Source of the DNA: a virus
Lineage: Duplodnaviria; Caudoviricetes
Reading direction: 5' to 3' (one strand)
DNA: 47,223 bases
IMG/VR virus record: IMGVR_UViG_3300032046_000047
Location: 1 to 47,223 of that record
A program made the translations under genes and the position numbers. Below, piece after piece: positions 17,707 through 27,145 of this stretch (position 1 is the stretch's first letter; every line of letters begins with the position of its first letter). Below the pieces are notes generated by a model. The model worked only from the letters and a program-made list of their open reading frames with translations. It did no database searches and was not told where the DNA came from.

Positions 17707-18788
17707 TGAGTGACTACGATTTCAACTCAACGGCCCATTTCGATGGGGGGACCAAAAGCGAAACTGACACCGAGACAGACAATCCGCTCGTGGGCACGGG
17801 AGTCCTCGGTCTCTCGCCTACCTTCACGGATAGATGGGCGGGAGGCTCTCGCAAATCGGGGTGGACCGAGGAGAACGATTCCTCCGAGGATTGCGTCGAT
17901 GAAACGGGAGCCCTCAAGATTGTGGCGCGGGACAACTGTTATTCTCACCTCCAACGCTCCCCCGGCGTCGACAACATCACTCTCCAAGGCAAGCTCAAGT
18001 TCCCAAGCGGGTCGTCTCAATTCTCGTGGGCGTTCGGTTTGGTCCTTTATTGGGACGTAGATAATTGGGTCCGGCTCCAACTCGTTAACGATAGCGGGAC
18101 GGTCAAGTACGAGTGGAACTTGAATGATGCATCTACCACCTCGTACGGTGTCTCGGGGAGCCTTTCCGCCGGGACATGGTATTGGCTCAAGATTGTTCTC
18201 ACCTCGTCCGAATTTACTTGCTACTATTCGACGGACGGCTCCTCATGGAACACGCTCAAGTCCTCGACCTCAAGACCGTCAGGATGGAGCGGGAATCCGA
18301 TGGTCATCATAGGCAAGGGTTATTCGGACAACCCAACCTACTCGAACGCCGATTTCGACAACTCGTTCGCCACACCCGGTTCGAGCTACAACTCGTATAT
18401 CACCGACGTTGTGGTCACGCCATACAAGACGAGCGGAACATGGATTAGCTCTCAACTCACCATGCCAACCAACAAGCGCCTCAAGAATATCAAGCTCGAT
18501 TTGACCAATGGAGACGCCTCGAACTACATCGACAAAATCGAGGTGCTCAAGGCGTCCGACAGTTCGGTCCTCTCGACCTATGCAACGGACCAATACACTG
18601 ACGTTACTCTCACAAAGAGTGATTTCGATAACGGGTTCGGTTCGACGATGAACACGAACATAAAGCTCAAGTTCTATTTCGTGGGCGATGGCACAAAGAC
18701 AATTACCCTCGACCAACTCTATGGAGACTACGAGCTTGGGCCAACGGGTGTTCGCCGGGACAGGTTCGTTAACGAGGGTGGAATCTGA
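17706..18788 (+). CDS. Putative adhesin with ConA/LamG-like beta-sandwich
   Basis: GTWYWLKIV..FTCYYSTDGSSWN; Ser/Thr/aromatic rich. Confidence 0.65.
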   Translation: MSDYDFNSTAHFDGGTKSETDTETDNPLVGTGVLGLSPTFTDRWAGGSRKSGWTEENDSSEDCVDETGALKIVARDNCYSHLQRSPGVDNITLQGKLKFPSGSSQFSWAFGLVLYWDVDNWVRLQLVNDSGTVKYEWNLNDASTTSYGVSGSLSAGTWYWLKIVLTSSEFTCYYSTDGSSWNTLKSSTSRPSGWSGNPMVIIGKGYSDNPTYSNADFDNSFATPGSSYNSYITDVVVTPYKTSGTWISSQLTMPTNKRLKNIKLDLTNGDASNYIDKIEVLKASDSSVLSTYATDQYTDVTLTKSDFDNGFGSTMNTNIKLKFYFVGDGTKTITLDQLYGDYELGPTGVRRDRFVNEGGI

Positions 18789-19303
18789 TGCGCCAACTCA
18801 TTCAATCCACCTCACGGGTGTTCGTCTTTTTCCTGACGGACATTCTCGACCACTTCACGCCTAAAATGGGACTCGTAGATGGGGATTTTACCTATATCGA
18901 GATGTCCAAGGATGGCGGGGCATTCGTCGATATATCCGGCGATGTGACCGTGACCGAGATAGATTACGGGTTCTACAAGTTCACCCTCACAACCACCCAC
19001 ACGAACACCGTGGGAGACCTCGCATTTTACATATCCGCAACCGGCGCGGACGAGGCTCAATTCTTGGCCCAAGTAGTCGCGGTGGGAGCTGGTACGGACC
19101 CATGGGACGTGACGCTCCCCGGCTCCTACGGCTCAGGCAAGGCGGGCAAGATTGTCGGGGACAACCTTGACGCCAAGGTGGGCGATGTCAAGGCCAAGAC
19201 GGACCTCCTCCCCGGCGCGTTCCCTACCGAGGTGGCGGACGAGACCACATCCCAAGACCTCCTCAAGCGCATCAAGAAAATCGAAAAGAACACGGTGGTT
19301 TAA
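18788..19303 (+). CDS. Virion protein, paralog of 15598-16386
   Basis: SKDGGAF...HTNTVGDL...ATGAD ... VKAKTDLLP. Confidence 0.7.
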   Translation: MRQLIQSTSRVFVFFLTDILDHFTPKMGLVDGDFTYIEMSKDGGAFVDISGDVTVTEIDYGFYKFTLTTTHTNTVGDLAFYISATGADEAQFLAQVVAVGAGTDPWDVTLPGSYGSGKAGKIVGDNLDAKVGDVKAKTDLLPGAFPTEVADETTSQDLLKRIKKIEKNTVV

Positions 19304-19620
19304 TGAGCGCGATGAGGGATGCTATCCACATGGTGAACGACCAACAACCCGCGGACCTCAGACAAATGTCTGTGGCCAAGGCGGCCCGAAAGCTCAACGA
19401 GATTCAGGCCCATGATGTCAAGACCTTCCACGACATCCGCCCGATGTTCACCAAGCTCGGCGAGATGGTCTTGTACGACATCGAATACCAGAATTGCATG
19501 GCCGTCGAGTTCAACCGCAAGAAGCTCCTCGACCGCATCCTATTCTCTCTCGTGGGGTTCGCCTTGGGGGCGCTCGTGCCCACCGTGGCGTGGCTCGCGA
19601 GCTTGCATATCGGAGGATGA
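19303..19620 (+). CDS. Membrane-anchored protein (one C-terminal TM)
   Basis: Hydrophobic ILFSLVGFALGALVPTVAWL. Confidence 0.65.
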   Translation: MSAMRDAIHMVNDQQPADLRQMSVAKAARKLNEIQAHDVKTFHDIRPMFTKLGEMVLYDIEYQNCMAVEFNRKKLLDRILFSLVGFALGALVPTVAWLASLHIGG

Positions 19621-19624
19621 GAAC

Positions 19625-19900
19625 ATGGTAGGCGTGGCAAAAACGGATAGCGGGTTAAAGAAAATCGAGACGGCGCTCCTCACGGCGGCGCTCCTCTTGG
19701 TGGGCCTCGGGGCCTCGACCGTAGAGGCCGCCATGACGAGCGGGAACACGACCTCGTACCTCATGAGCATCGGGCTCGTCGTGCTCGGGCTCGTGTGTGG
19801 TGCGCTCTACATCTACGTGGACAAAAAGACGGGCGCGCCGGACAACGGGGACATCGACGCGGTGGTCAAGGACACCGAGCCCAAGCCTCCCGCGGGGTGA
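19625..19900 (+). CDS. Two-TM holin-like protein
   Basis: Two hydrophobic helices and a charged C-terminus. Confidence 0.55.
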   Translation: MVGVAKTDSGLKKIETALLTAALLLVGLGASTVEAAMTSGNTTSYLMSIGLVVLGLVCGALYIYVDKKTGAPDNGDIDAVVKDTEPKPPAG

Positions 19901-19904
19901 GCAA

Positions 19905-20294
19905 GTGTTCAATGGGGCTATCGTAGGGACGGACCTCCTCAACATCATCAACGAGTTGGGGGCGAGCGTCCGCCATCTCAGGCCGACGCCGGGGACCTAC
20001 GATAGCTCCAAGACCTACCAATCCCTCACGGAACTCACCTACACCGTGGACGAGACGGTCGTGGCGGTGTGGAGCCTCCAAGACTCCCGCTTGGCCCTGA
20101 CCGAGTGGGGCCTCGTTCGGCCCGATTCTATCTCAATCGTCGTGGCCGCCTCGGTCGAGGTCTTGGAGGATGACCTCATCGTGTTCAACTCCAAGGTCTA
20201 CACCATCATACACACCAAGGACATCGTCATCCAAGGGACCGTCCAATTCAGGACCGCCGAGCTTGACGAAAAGGTGGGGACGGTGGTCTCATGA
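19905..20294 (+). CDS. Putative head-closure (stopper) protein
   Basis: ELGASV..R..GTYD ... DDLIVFNSKVYTI; position before the gp10-like gene. Confidence 0.65.
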   Translation: MFNGAIVGTDLLNIINELGASVRHLRPTPGTYDSSKTYQSLTELTYTVDETVVAVWSLQDSRLALTEWGLVRPDSISIVVAASVEVLEDDLIVFNSKVYTIIHTKDIVIQGTVQFRTAELDEKVGTVVS

Positions 20295-20872
20295 GCATGA
20301 ACGTGGTATTGGAGGTCCAAGGGCTCCAAGAGGTCATCGACATGGTCAGGCCGTTCGCCGATGACGCCACCATCAACGCAAAGACCGAGGAGGTCATGAC
20401 CCCAACCATCGAGGCGATGACGGCCCGCCTCAGGGAACGGGCCCCGTACAAGACCGGGACCTACCGGCGCTCCATCATGTGGGAGAAAGATGCCAACGGA
20501 TGGACCTCGGGGACCGAGAGCCCCATCGGCCCGTGGCTTGAGTTCGGGACCGGCATCCGTGGCGAATACCCCGGCGATTTCTACGAAATCCGCCCGCGAT
20601 ACAAAAAGGCTCTCAGGTGGCGCGAGGAACTCTCAGAACTCGCCATCTTTTATGGGCTCAGGGGCCGGGTGAGCGTTCAGCACAAGGACCTCTCGTGGTC
20701 CTCCAAGAGTTCCAAGACCCACACCGATGTGTTCGCCAAGCTCGTCCGCCATCCCGGCATCCGGTCACGGCCTCACTTTCGGCCAACATTCGAGGAGTTC
20801 GCTCCCATCATCCACGACCGCCTCTATCAAGGATTCGTGTCCTTGTTGTCATCATCGGGTGGTGAGCCATAA
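20291..20872 (+). CDS. HK97 gp10-like neck/tail-completion protein
   Basis: VQGLQE, APYKTGTYRRSI, LEFGT, HPGIRSRPHFRP. Confidence 0.8.
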   Translation: MSMNVVLEVQGLQEVIDMVRPFADDATINAKTEEVMTPTIEAMTARLRERAPYKTGTYRRSIMWEKDANGWTSGTESPIGPWLEFGTGIRGEYPGDFYEIRPRYKKALRWREELSELAIFYGLRGRVSVQHKDLSWSSKSSKTHTDVFAKLVRHPGIRSRPHFRPTFEEFAPIIHDRLYQGFVSLLSSSGGEP

Positions 20873-23094
20873 TGGGAGCCGCCAAGGTCCAAAAACTGTT
20901 CAACGACGCGCTCAAGACCCTCAAGACGCTCCCCGAGACATTCGATAGCTACCCCTCGAACGCCGAGCCCCCGGACCCGTGGGTCGTCGAAAAGGCGAGC
21001 ACCCCGATGGCTCACGCCGAGGTGGACGACACGACGTGGTGGGACCCCTACGGCTCCATGCCCGGAAAATCCGTCAAGCTCGACGGCGAGGCAAACCAAT
21101 TCGTCCGCATCAAGGCGGCGTTCAAGGCGGACACGTTGGTCCTCGGGCGCTTGGCCCTGAGGGTCTCAGGGAATAACGGCTCCCACGCCAAGACATTCAC
21201 GCTCCTCAAGGCATCCACAGGCCACACTATCCTCCAATTAGACTATCACACGGACGGCCACTTGTGGACCTACAACGGGGCCACGCCCGTGGACCTCGGC
21301 GCGCTCGCCTTCAATGTGTGGAAATCGTTCGCCTTTTGGCTCGATGTGACCAACAAGAAATTTTGGCTCTATGTGGGGCCCACGAGATTCCCCGCCGTGA
21401 GCGGGACCTATGATTTCATCAACACCGAGGTCCCCGATGTCGTTCAGGCCGCGAACACAAGCTCGGACGATATGTGGGTGGATTTCATCGATGATTGGTC
21501 CAAGCTCATGGAGTTCGATTTCGACGCCGAGACCAACGGCAACCCACCCGGCTCTCCTTGGACCGTGGTGAGCACGGGCGGCGGGAGCCAATATGTCCGA
21601 TGTGATAATTCCGACATCAACCCGAACCGATGGTGGCTCCCCGCGGGCGTCCTCTCGTGCAAGTTCCACGTCAACGGCGCGGGGGATGTCGTGGCCATCA
21701 ATCAATCCATCACACCGGGCGATTTCATCGCCGTGAATTTCTACGCCAAGACCAACAACGTCTATCAGAACGAGACCCCCTATTTCCTCCTCAAGGATGT
21801 GGTCAATAACAAGGAGTGTTGCGGAATCTGGTACGCGAACGACGGCCATGTCTATACCAAGGACAACGCCGGGACCATCGACATCGGCCAACCTACGGCG
21901 GGATGGCTTGAGTTCACGATGTTCGTGGACGTGGCCAACAAGAGGTTCTACATCGTCAGGGACCGAGAGATTGCCCCTCGGCGATTCCCCTCCACGGCGG
22001 GGACCTATTACACGTTCCAAAACCAGAACACCCCCGACAAGATAATGTGGGGCATCACCGGCTCGACGGTCCCCCAAGACTTTTGGCTCGACGACATTTG
22101 GTGGACCATGGACGGGTGGTTTGAGGATTTCGATGCCATGACCACCGGGAGCCCGCCCACGGACCCGCCATGGACGACCGAGGTCCCCGAGCCGCCCATG
22201 GTCCACGTCGTGGATACGCCCCACCAAGGCGCGACAGGCAAGGCCCTCAGGGTGTGGCCCGGTCCTGACACATCGGGCGGCTACGCAAGGGGAATCCGCC
22301 CTATACGCAATTTCCGTCAGGTGTTCGAGGTCTCGACCTACGTCCGGTTCGACACGAACACGACCTCCTCATCCAAGCGGGTCGTGAGCTTGATGGACAC
22401 CTACACGGGCGAGAGCCAAGTATCCATCCTCGACAACTCGGACGCTCATGTCTATTTTACCAACGGGGCCGTGACGGTCCAAGGGCCCGTGTTCGTCATC
22501 GACACATGGTATTCTCTCATGTGGCACGTGGACCTCAACAAGAGGACCTACCACGCCACTTGGAACGGGACGCGCTACCCCACGACCGGGACCTACGCCT
22601 TGACCGGGACCCAAGAGCCCAACGCCCTCAAGGTCGAGGCCGCCACGACCAACAACGGGCTCTACATCGACACGGTCTTGGCCGCGTTCGATGTGCTCCT
22701 CAGGGGTCTTGAGGTCTCGCCCATCTACCCCCGCAAGCCCATCCAAGGCAAGCCATTCCTCACGACCGACATCTCGAACCTCAACGCTCGGTGGGGATGG
22801 GTGGGCCGGGACGCCAATGGCCGCCGGGTCATGCTCAGGGAGGGCGAGGTCCGGGTCTCGGTGTGGGTCCCGAGGGCCGCCGCCACGGGAAATCTCTTGG
22901 AGTCCGAATCCGACACGGAACTCCTCGACAACCTCATCGACGCCGTGGCCTCGTCCCTTATTAATCAACGGTTCGACATCCCCGGCGTGACCAAGCTCAT
23001 TCAGGGCTCGCCAACTCGCCCGAACATCGACCGGGACGGCAAGCTCTTGTATCGGGCCTTGCCCATCAAGTTCCAGCATTGGGAGGTAATGTAG
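20872..23094 (+). CDS. Putative tail terminator with three inserted lectin-like beta-sandwich repeats
   Basis: Sits between gp10-like and tail tube genes; C-terminal ~130 aa resemble a terminator; three ~190-aa repeats starting E.FD....PP..PW. Confidence 0.6.
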   Translation: MGAAKVQKLFNDALKTLKTLPETFDSYPSNAEPPDPWVVEKASTPMAHAEVDDTTWWDPYGSMPGKSVKLDGEANQFVRIKAAFKADTLVLGRLALRVSGNNGSHAKTFTLLKASTGHTILQLDYHTDGHLWTYNGATPVDLGALAFNVWKSFAFWLDVTNKKFWLYVGPTRFPAVSGTYDFINTEVPDVVQAANTSSDDMWVDFIDDWSKLMEFDFDAETNGNPPGSPWTVVSTGGGSQYVRCDNSDINPNRWWLPAGVLSCKFHVNGAGDVVAINQSITPGDFIAVNFYAKTNNVYQNETPYFLLKDVVNNKECCGIWYANDGHVYTKDNAGTIDIGQPTAGWLEFTMFVDVANKRFYIVRDREIAPRRFPSTAGTYYTFQNQNTPDKIMWGITGSTVPQDFWLDDIWWTMDGWFEDFDAMTTGSPPTDPPWTTEVPEPPMVHVVDTPHQGATGKALRVWPGPDTSGGYARGIRPIRNFRQVFEVSTYVRFDTNTTSSSKRVVSLMDTYTGESQVSILDNSDAHVYFTNGAVTVQGPVFVIDTWYSLMWHVDLNKRTYHATWNGTRYPTTGTYALTGTQEPNALKVEAATTNNGLYIDTVLAAFDVLLRGLEVSPIYPRKPIQGKPFLTTDISNLNARWGWVGRDANGRRVMLREGEVRVSVWVPRAAATGNLLESESDTELLDNLIDAVASSLINQRFDIPGVTKLIQGSPTRPNIDRDGKLLYRALPIKFQHWEVM

Positions 23095-23715
23095 ATGCCA
23101 GCACTCGACCAACGGATTGAGATAGATGGAGCGGATTGCCAATTCGAGATAAAGGAGGTCATCCCCACGGCGGGGACCGCCAAGACCCGCGTGGGCGGGA
23201 GCGCCAACGCCGCCGGGGACGCGTGGAACTTGGACACGACGGACAGGTTCGAGGCGTACCCCGTCGAGCGGTTCTCGTTCGCGTTCCGGGGCCGGACCTC
23301 GACCCATCACAACATCGGCAATTTCCTCCCGGCGCTCTCACACGGCCCCAAGACCGTGGAGGGCTCGTTCATCATCCGGCTCAAGGTGGGCGTCAAGCTC
23401 CTCATGGCGGCGATGGGCTCGGACAAGGTGGGCTCCTCGTATCCCACCAAGAGCTACGGCAACCTCACCGGAAAAGGCGATGGGTTCTATGATGGCGGGG
23501 CTGTCTCGAATCTCCCCAAACAAATGCCCGTGTTCGCCATCAAGGTCGCGTGGATGAAAGAGTCCATGAGCGGAAGCAACCCGGTCATATTCTATTTCCA
23601 AAACGTGTTCATCGCCGAGGGCGGGACCGGATTCTCGCCTGATGGGGCCGAGACCATCAACCTCCCGTTCTCAGGCACATTCATGACCGCCGTCTACAAT
23701 AAGGACGGCTACTGA
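23095..23715 (+). CDS. Major tail tube protein
   Basis: 206 aa, beta-rich, precedes the tail chaperone. Confidence 0.65.
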   Translation: MPALDQRIEIDGADCQFEIKEVIPTAGTAKTRVGGSANAAGDAWNLDTTDRFEAYPVERFSFAFRGRTSTHHNIGNFLPALSHGPKTVEGSFIIRLKVGVKLLMAAMGSDKVGSSYPTKSYGNLTGKGDGFYDGGAVSNLPKQMPVFAIKVAWMKESMSGSNPVIFYFQNVFIAEGGTGFSPDGAETINLPFSGTFMTAVYNKDGY

Positions 23716-23725
23716 GGGAGGGACA

Positions 23726-24325
23726 ATGACGGACGAGTACGATATACCGGGACTCCTCGCCGAACACACGAGGACCAAGGACGTGGAGGTCCCAAACCAT
23801 CTCCTCGACGGCAAGGGACGGTTCGCCCGTTGGCGCGGGCGGCGAACGATGCGCCTGAGATACTTGCCCATGCTCAAACAACTGAGCATCCGCAAGCGGT
23901 TCAAGGCCAAGACCGAGGTGAGCGGCGAGATGGAACTCAAGCTCCACGGCGCGCAAATACGGCTCCTCAGGGACCAAGCAACCGCGGCGGACCTCAAGCT
24001 CCTCCAAGAGGATTCGGACCGATGGAATGACGGCGAGATAACGGCGGCGCTCTACGCCGAGGTCATCGTCAAGCCCAAGATGTCCGAGCGTCAGGTCCGG
24101 GCGTTCCTTGAGAGCCTCGACCCCGTGGACATGGAAACATGGATGGAACGGACGTGCGACTTCCTGAACTTGACCAAGGAGGCCCAAGAGAAAATAAAAA
24201 ACTTGTCCGGTCCCCGGCGTTCACCTATCTCCTCCATCTCATCCGTGAACACGGGGGCCGTCTCGGAAAAGATTGGACATGGGAGGAGGCCACGGTCCAC
24301 CAATACGAACTCATCGTCCAAGTAG
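23726..24325 (+). CDS. Tail assembly chaperone; -1 frameshift product ends at 24357
   Basis: Slippery A AAA AAC at 24196-24202 in frame; the -1 frame is open to TAA 24357, just before the TMP. Confidence 0.75.
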   Translation: MTDEYDIPGLLAEHTRTKDVEVPNHLLDGKGRFARWRGRRTMRLRYLPMLKQLSIRKRFKAKTEVSGEMELKLHGAQIRLLRDQATAADLKLLQEDSDRWNDGEITAALYAEVIVKPKMSERQVRAFLESLDPVDMETWMERTCDFLNLTKEAQEKIKNLSGPRRSPISSISSVNTGAVSEKIGHGRRPRSTNTNSSSK

Positions 24326-24358
24326 AGAATCTCGCATCAACATTCATGGGGCTATAAC

Positions 24359-25024
24359 ATGGCGGACGATATATCGGGGGCCGAGGCGAGTGATGCGCTC
24401 AAGACCTTGGGCATCTACATCCGGGCTCAGGTCAAGTACGACGGCAAGGAGGAGGTCGAGGACCTCCGAGGGGACCTTGAGGGTGTAGGTGAGGCGGCGG
24501 AAAAGTCCGAGGCAAAGATGGCGAGAGCCTCGATGACATCTTATCGGTCCGCCATGAACTATCGAATCCTCGCGATGTCCACCATGTCCGCCGTCTCCTC
24601 CATCGCCATGCTCGCGGGAGCCAACGAGCAGACCGTCAAGACCCTCCAAGCGGTCAATGCCATTTTGATGGTTACTATATCGCTCTACACCATCCTCGCA
24701 ATCGTCACGGGCGGGGGCTCCATGGCGGCGGGCGGCGGGATACGGGCGGGCGCGATGGGGATGCGGGGCATAGGGCAAATGGCCGGGTCTCTCGTTGGGA
24801 TGCGGTCCATGCACCAAGGCGGTTACGGCTCGGACAAGCTCGCCGTCATCCAATCCAACGAACGGGTCATCCCGTCGTACCGTATCATGACCAACTACGG
24901 CGGCAACATCTCCATCGGGACCATGGTCTTGACCGGCGGGTCCGGCAAGGACCTCGCCCGCGATTTTACCGAGCAACTTGAGAGCTACAAGCAACGCGGG
25001 ACCATCTCGCCGGAGTGGACCTAA
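24359..25024 (+). CDS. Very short tape measure protein (221 aa)
   Basis: Follows the frameshifted chaperone; Ala/Gly/Met-rich with hydrophobic segments; C-terminal MHQGG...ERVIP motif. Confidence 0.7.
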   Translation: MADDISGAEASDALKTLGIYIRAQVKYDGKEEVEDLRGDLEGVGEAAEKSEAKMARASMTSYRSAMNYRILAMSTMSAVSSIAMLAGANEQTVKTLQAVNAILMVTISLYTILAIVTGGGSMAAGGGIRAGAMGMRGIGQMAGSLVGMRSMHQGGYGSDKLAVIQSNERVIPSYRIMTNYGGNISIGTMVLTGGSGKDLARDFTEQLESYKQRGTISPEWT

Positions 25025-27145
25025 ATGACCGTGACCCTGACCGTCAAGGACGCGAACCACATCATGGACTCGTACATCTATCAAGAGATAGCCGATGGGC
25101 CGCCATGGAACGGTGCGCTCACGTATATGCGTTGTGGGTGCACCGGGACATCCGGTGGAACTGATTATTATTCCCGAGCCATCATCTACATCCGCTTGCC
25201 CAAGCTCCCACCCAACTCCAAAATCGTGGACATGAGATTCAAGCTCTATCGCGAGAGTGACGGGAATAGCGGCAACACCAAGGATTTTTATTGCTACTCG
25301 GTCAAGGGGAACGGAACGTTCTCCGAGCGCCGGTGCGGGTGGAGTAAGTCATCCGCTCAAACGGGTTGGGGCGGCGGGAGTGGGACCGGGGGCGCGCCGG
25401 ACTACCAATGCGGGGCCCCGCTCTCGATAGTACTCAACAACGGCTCGGGCTACCAAACATTCCAACTCAAGGATTTTGTGAACGTCTACCAACCCTCCTC
25501 CGAGGAGGGCGTGTGTCTCAATGTGTGGATGAAAGAGGAGGCCGCGGACAGCATCACGGACTACATCCAATTCGCGTCCATCCAACACGCCAATTCGGGA
25601 ATGTGGCCGACCCTCGAAATTGATGTGGATGTCGTGGCTCCAACCGGCCTCACAATCGAACCGAACCCGGACGACAGGAATCAAACCCTCCTCAAGTGGG
25701 AGCCCTTGAATGGAGTCTCGGACCTGACCCAACAAAAAATCTATCGGAAAAAGGCGTCCTCGGGAGTGGCAACCACCGACACGCTCATCGCCACCCTCGT
25801 CTCGACGGTCTCGGAATACATCGACACGCTCGCGCACGATGATGGGGCGGACTACTGTTATGCCGTGTTCACCGAGACGAGCTACAACTCGGGGGCGAAC
25901 GCCTACAAGTCCAACGAGGTCGTGTTCCAATCTCCCGGCGTCACGGGCTTTTGGGTTTGCGCCGTCTCGGATTCCCACGAGGGCACGAACATTGATGTCC
26001 AAGAAAAGGTCAACGCTTTAATGGCCACGAGCGGCGCGGCCACCCGAAAATATATCGAGTGGGGTGATGGCGGGTCTCGATGGTGGGACCCTGACAAATT
26101 GGATTTCCCGGCCCACTACTACTCGACGGCGGGGCTCAAGGCTCCCATGGCAAGAGCGGCGAACGAGGCGGGCTATTGGGGCACACTCACCGCCACGACC
26201 GGCGGCCACTCGGCCCCCAATCCTCAGGCCATCAAGCCCATCGCCCGCATGGACATCCAACCCACGACGATAGAGCCCTACGAGGCCATCACCGTGGACG
26301 GGACGAGGTCTTATGACCGGCAATCGGACGGCCACCTCGAACACTACCACTACACGGCCTCGGGCTCCAAGGGGCTCATCGCCCAACCTCAGACCTCGCC
26401 GGTGGCAACCATCTACTACAAGACCACCGGGAGCAAGGACATCAAGCTCAAGGTCTCGGCGCACTCGGCCCTCGATTCTGACGAGATTACCAAGAGCGTG
26501 GGGGTCTACTACCCAACAATCCAAAAATTCTCCGCGCTCTTGGAGACGACCATCGAGGAGGTCACGCCCGCCAAGGACAAAAACATCGACGAGGCCCCAT
26601 TTCTCGGGACCGAGGGGTCCGAGGTCATCACGACCGGGAGCCGTGCCACGAAATATCAACTCTCGGCGTGTTGCATTGGGACCAACCCGGAATCCCAGGT
26701 GAGGACCGTCGAGGATTGGTTCTTGAATAACAACATCGTGGAACTCCAAATCATGGGCGATGACGGCGCGGTCGTCGAGGTGTGGCGCGGGGTCCTGTCC
26801 TCGTTCAACCGTCAGATACGGGGCGGGGAGCCGTTCACCAAGTATTGGTCCGCCACCATCATCGTGACCAAGCGGCTCTACAAGGTTACGGACGAGGCGG
26901 TCTCGTACACGGCGGGCGTGGGGACTGTAGTCAAGACCACGATAGCAGATTATGATGGAGATGGCTCGTGGATTGACGATGTCACGGTCAACACCGCCGC
27001 CGGTGGAGGCGGAACGGACAAGCCCGTCTCGGATGTGGACTACCCCGCCGAGGTCCCCGGCGCGGGTCTAAGACAAGTCACGCTCGTGGATACGGGGTTC
27101 ACCGGGACGGGGTACACGACCTATTGGTACGAGGTGAATAAGTGA
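25025..27145 (+). CDS. Multidomain tail-tip protein (DNRLRE-like, FN3-like, PKD-like, distal-tail-like domains)
   Basis: DSYIY...SRAIIYIRLPKLPPNSKI; APTGL..LKW..IYR..YID..YCYAV; PIA...ITVDGTRSYD. Confidence 0.65.
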   Translation: MTVTLTVKDANHIMDSYIYQEIADGPPWNGALTYMRCGCTGTSGGTDYYSRAIIYIRLPKLPPNSKIVDMRFKLYRESDGNSGNTKDFYCYSVKGNGTFSERRCGWSKSSAQTGWGGGSGTGGAPDYQCGAPLSIVLNNGSGYQTFQLKDFVNVYQPSSEEGVCLNVWMKEEAADSITDYIQFASIQHANSGMWPTLEIDVDVVAPTGLTIEPNPDDRNQTLLKWEPLNGVSDLTQQKIYRKKASSGVATTDTLIATLVSTVSEYIDTLAHDDGADYCYAVFTETSYNSGANAYKSNEVVFQSPGVTGFWVCAVSDSHEGTNIDVQEKVNALMATSGAATRKYIEWGDGGSRWWDPDKLDFPAHYYSTAGLKAPMARAANEAGYWGTLTATTGGHSAPNPQAIKPIARMDIQPTTIEPYEAITVDGTRSYDRQSDGHLEHYHYTASGSKGLIAQPQTSPVATIYYKTTGSKDIKLKVSAHSALDSDEITKSVGVYYPTIQKFSALLETTIEEVTPAKDKNIDEAPFLGTEGSEVITTGSRATKYQLSACCIGTNPESQVRTVEDWFLNNNIVELQIMGDDGAVVEVWRGVLSSFNRQIRGGEPFTKYWSATIIVTKRLYKVTDEAVSYTAGVGTVVKTTIADYDGDGSWIDDVTVNTAAGGGGTDKPVSDVDYPAEVPGAGLRQVTLVDTGFTGTGYTTYWYEVNK

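Noticed and set aside
23092-23097. Genome-wide stop-codon reassignment suggested by in-frame TAG-ATG junctions (also 30483/30484 and 34299/34300)
   Set aside because: Downstream genes have their own RBS and ATG, a TAA-ATG junction also occurs (25024/25025), and conserved genes are uninterrupted under the standard code
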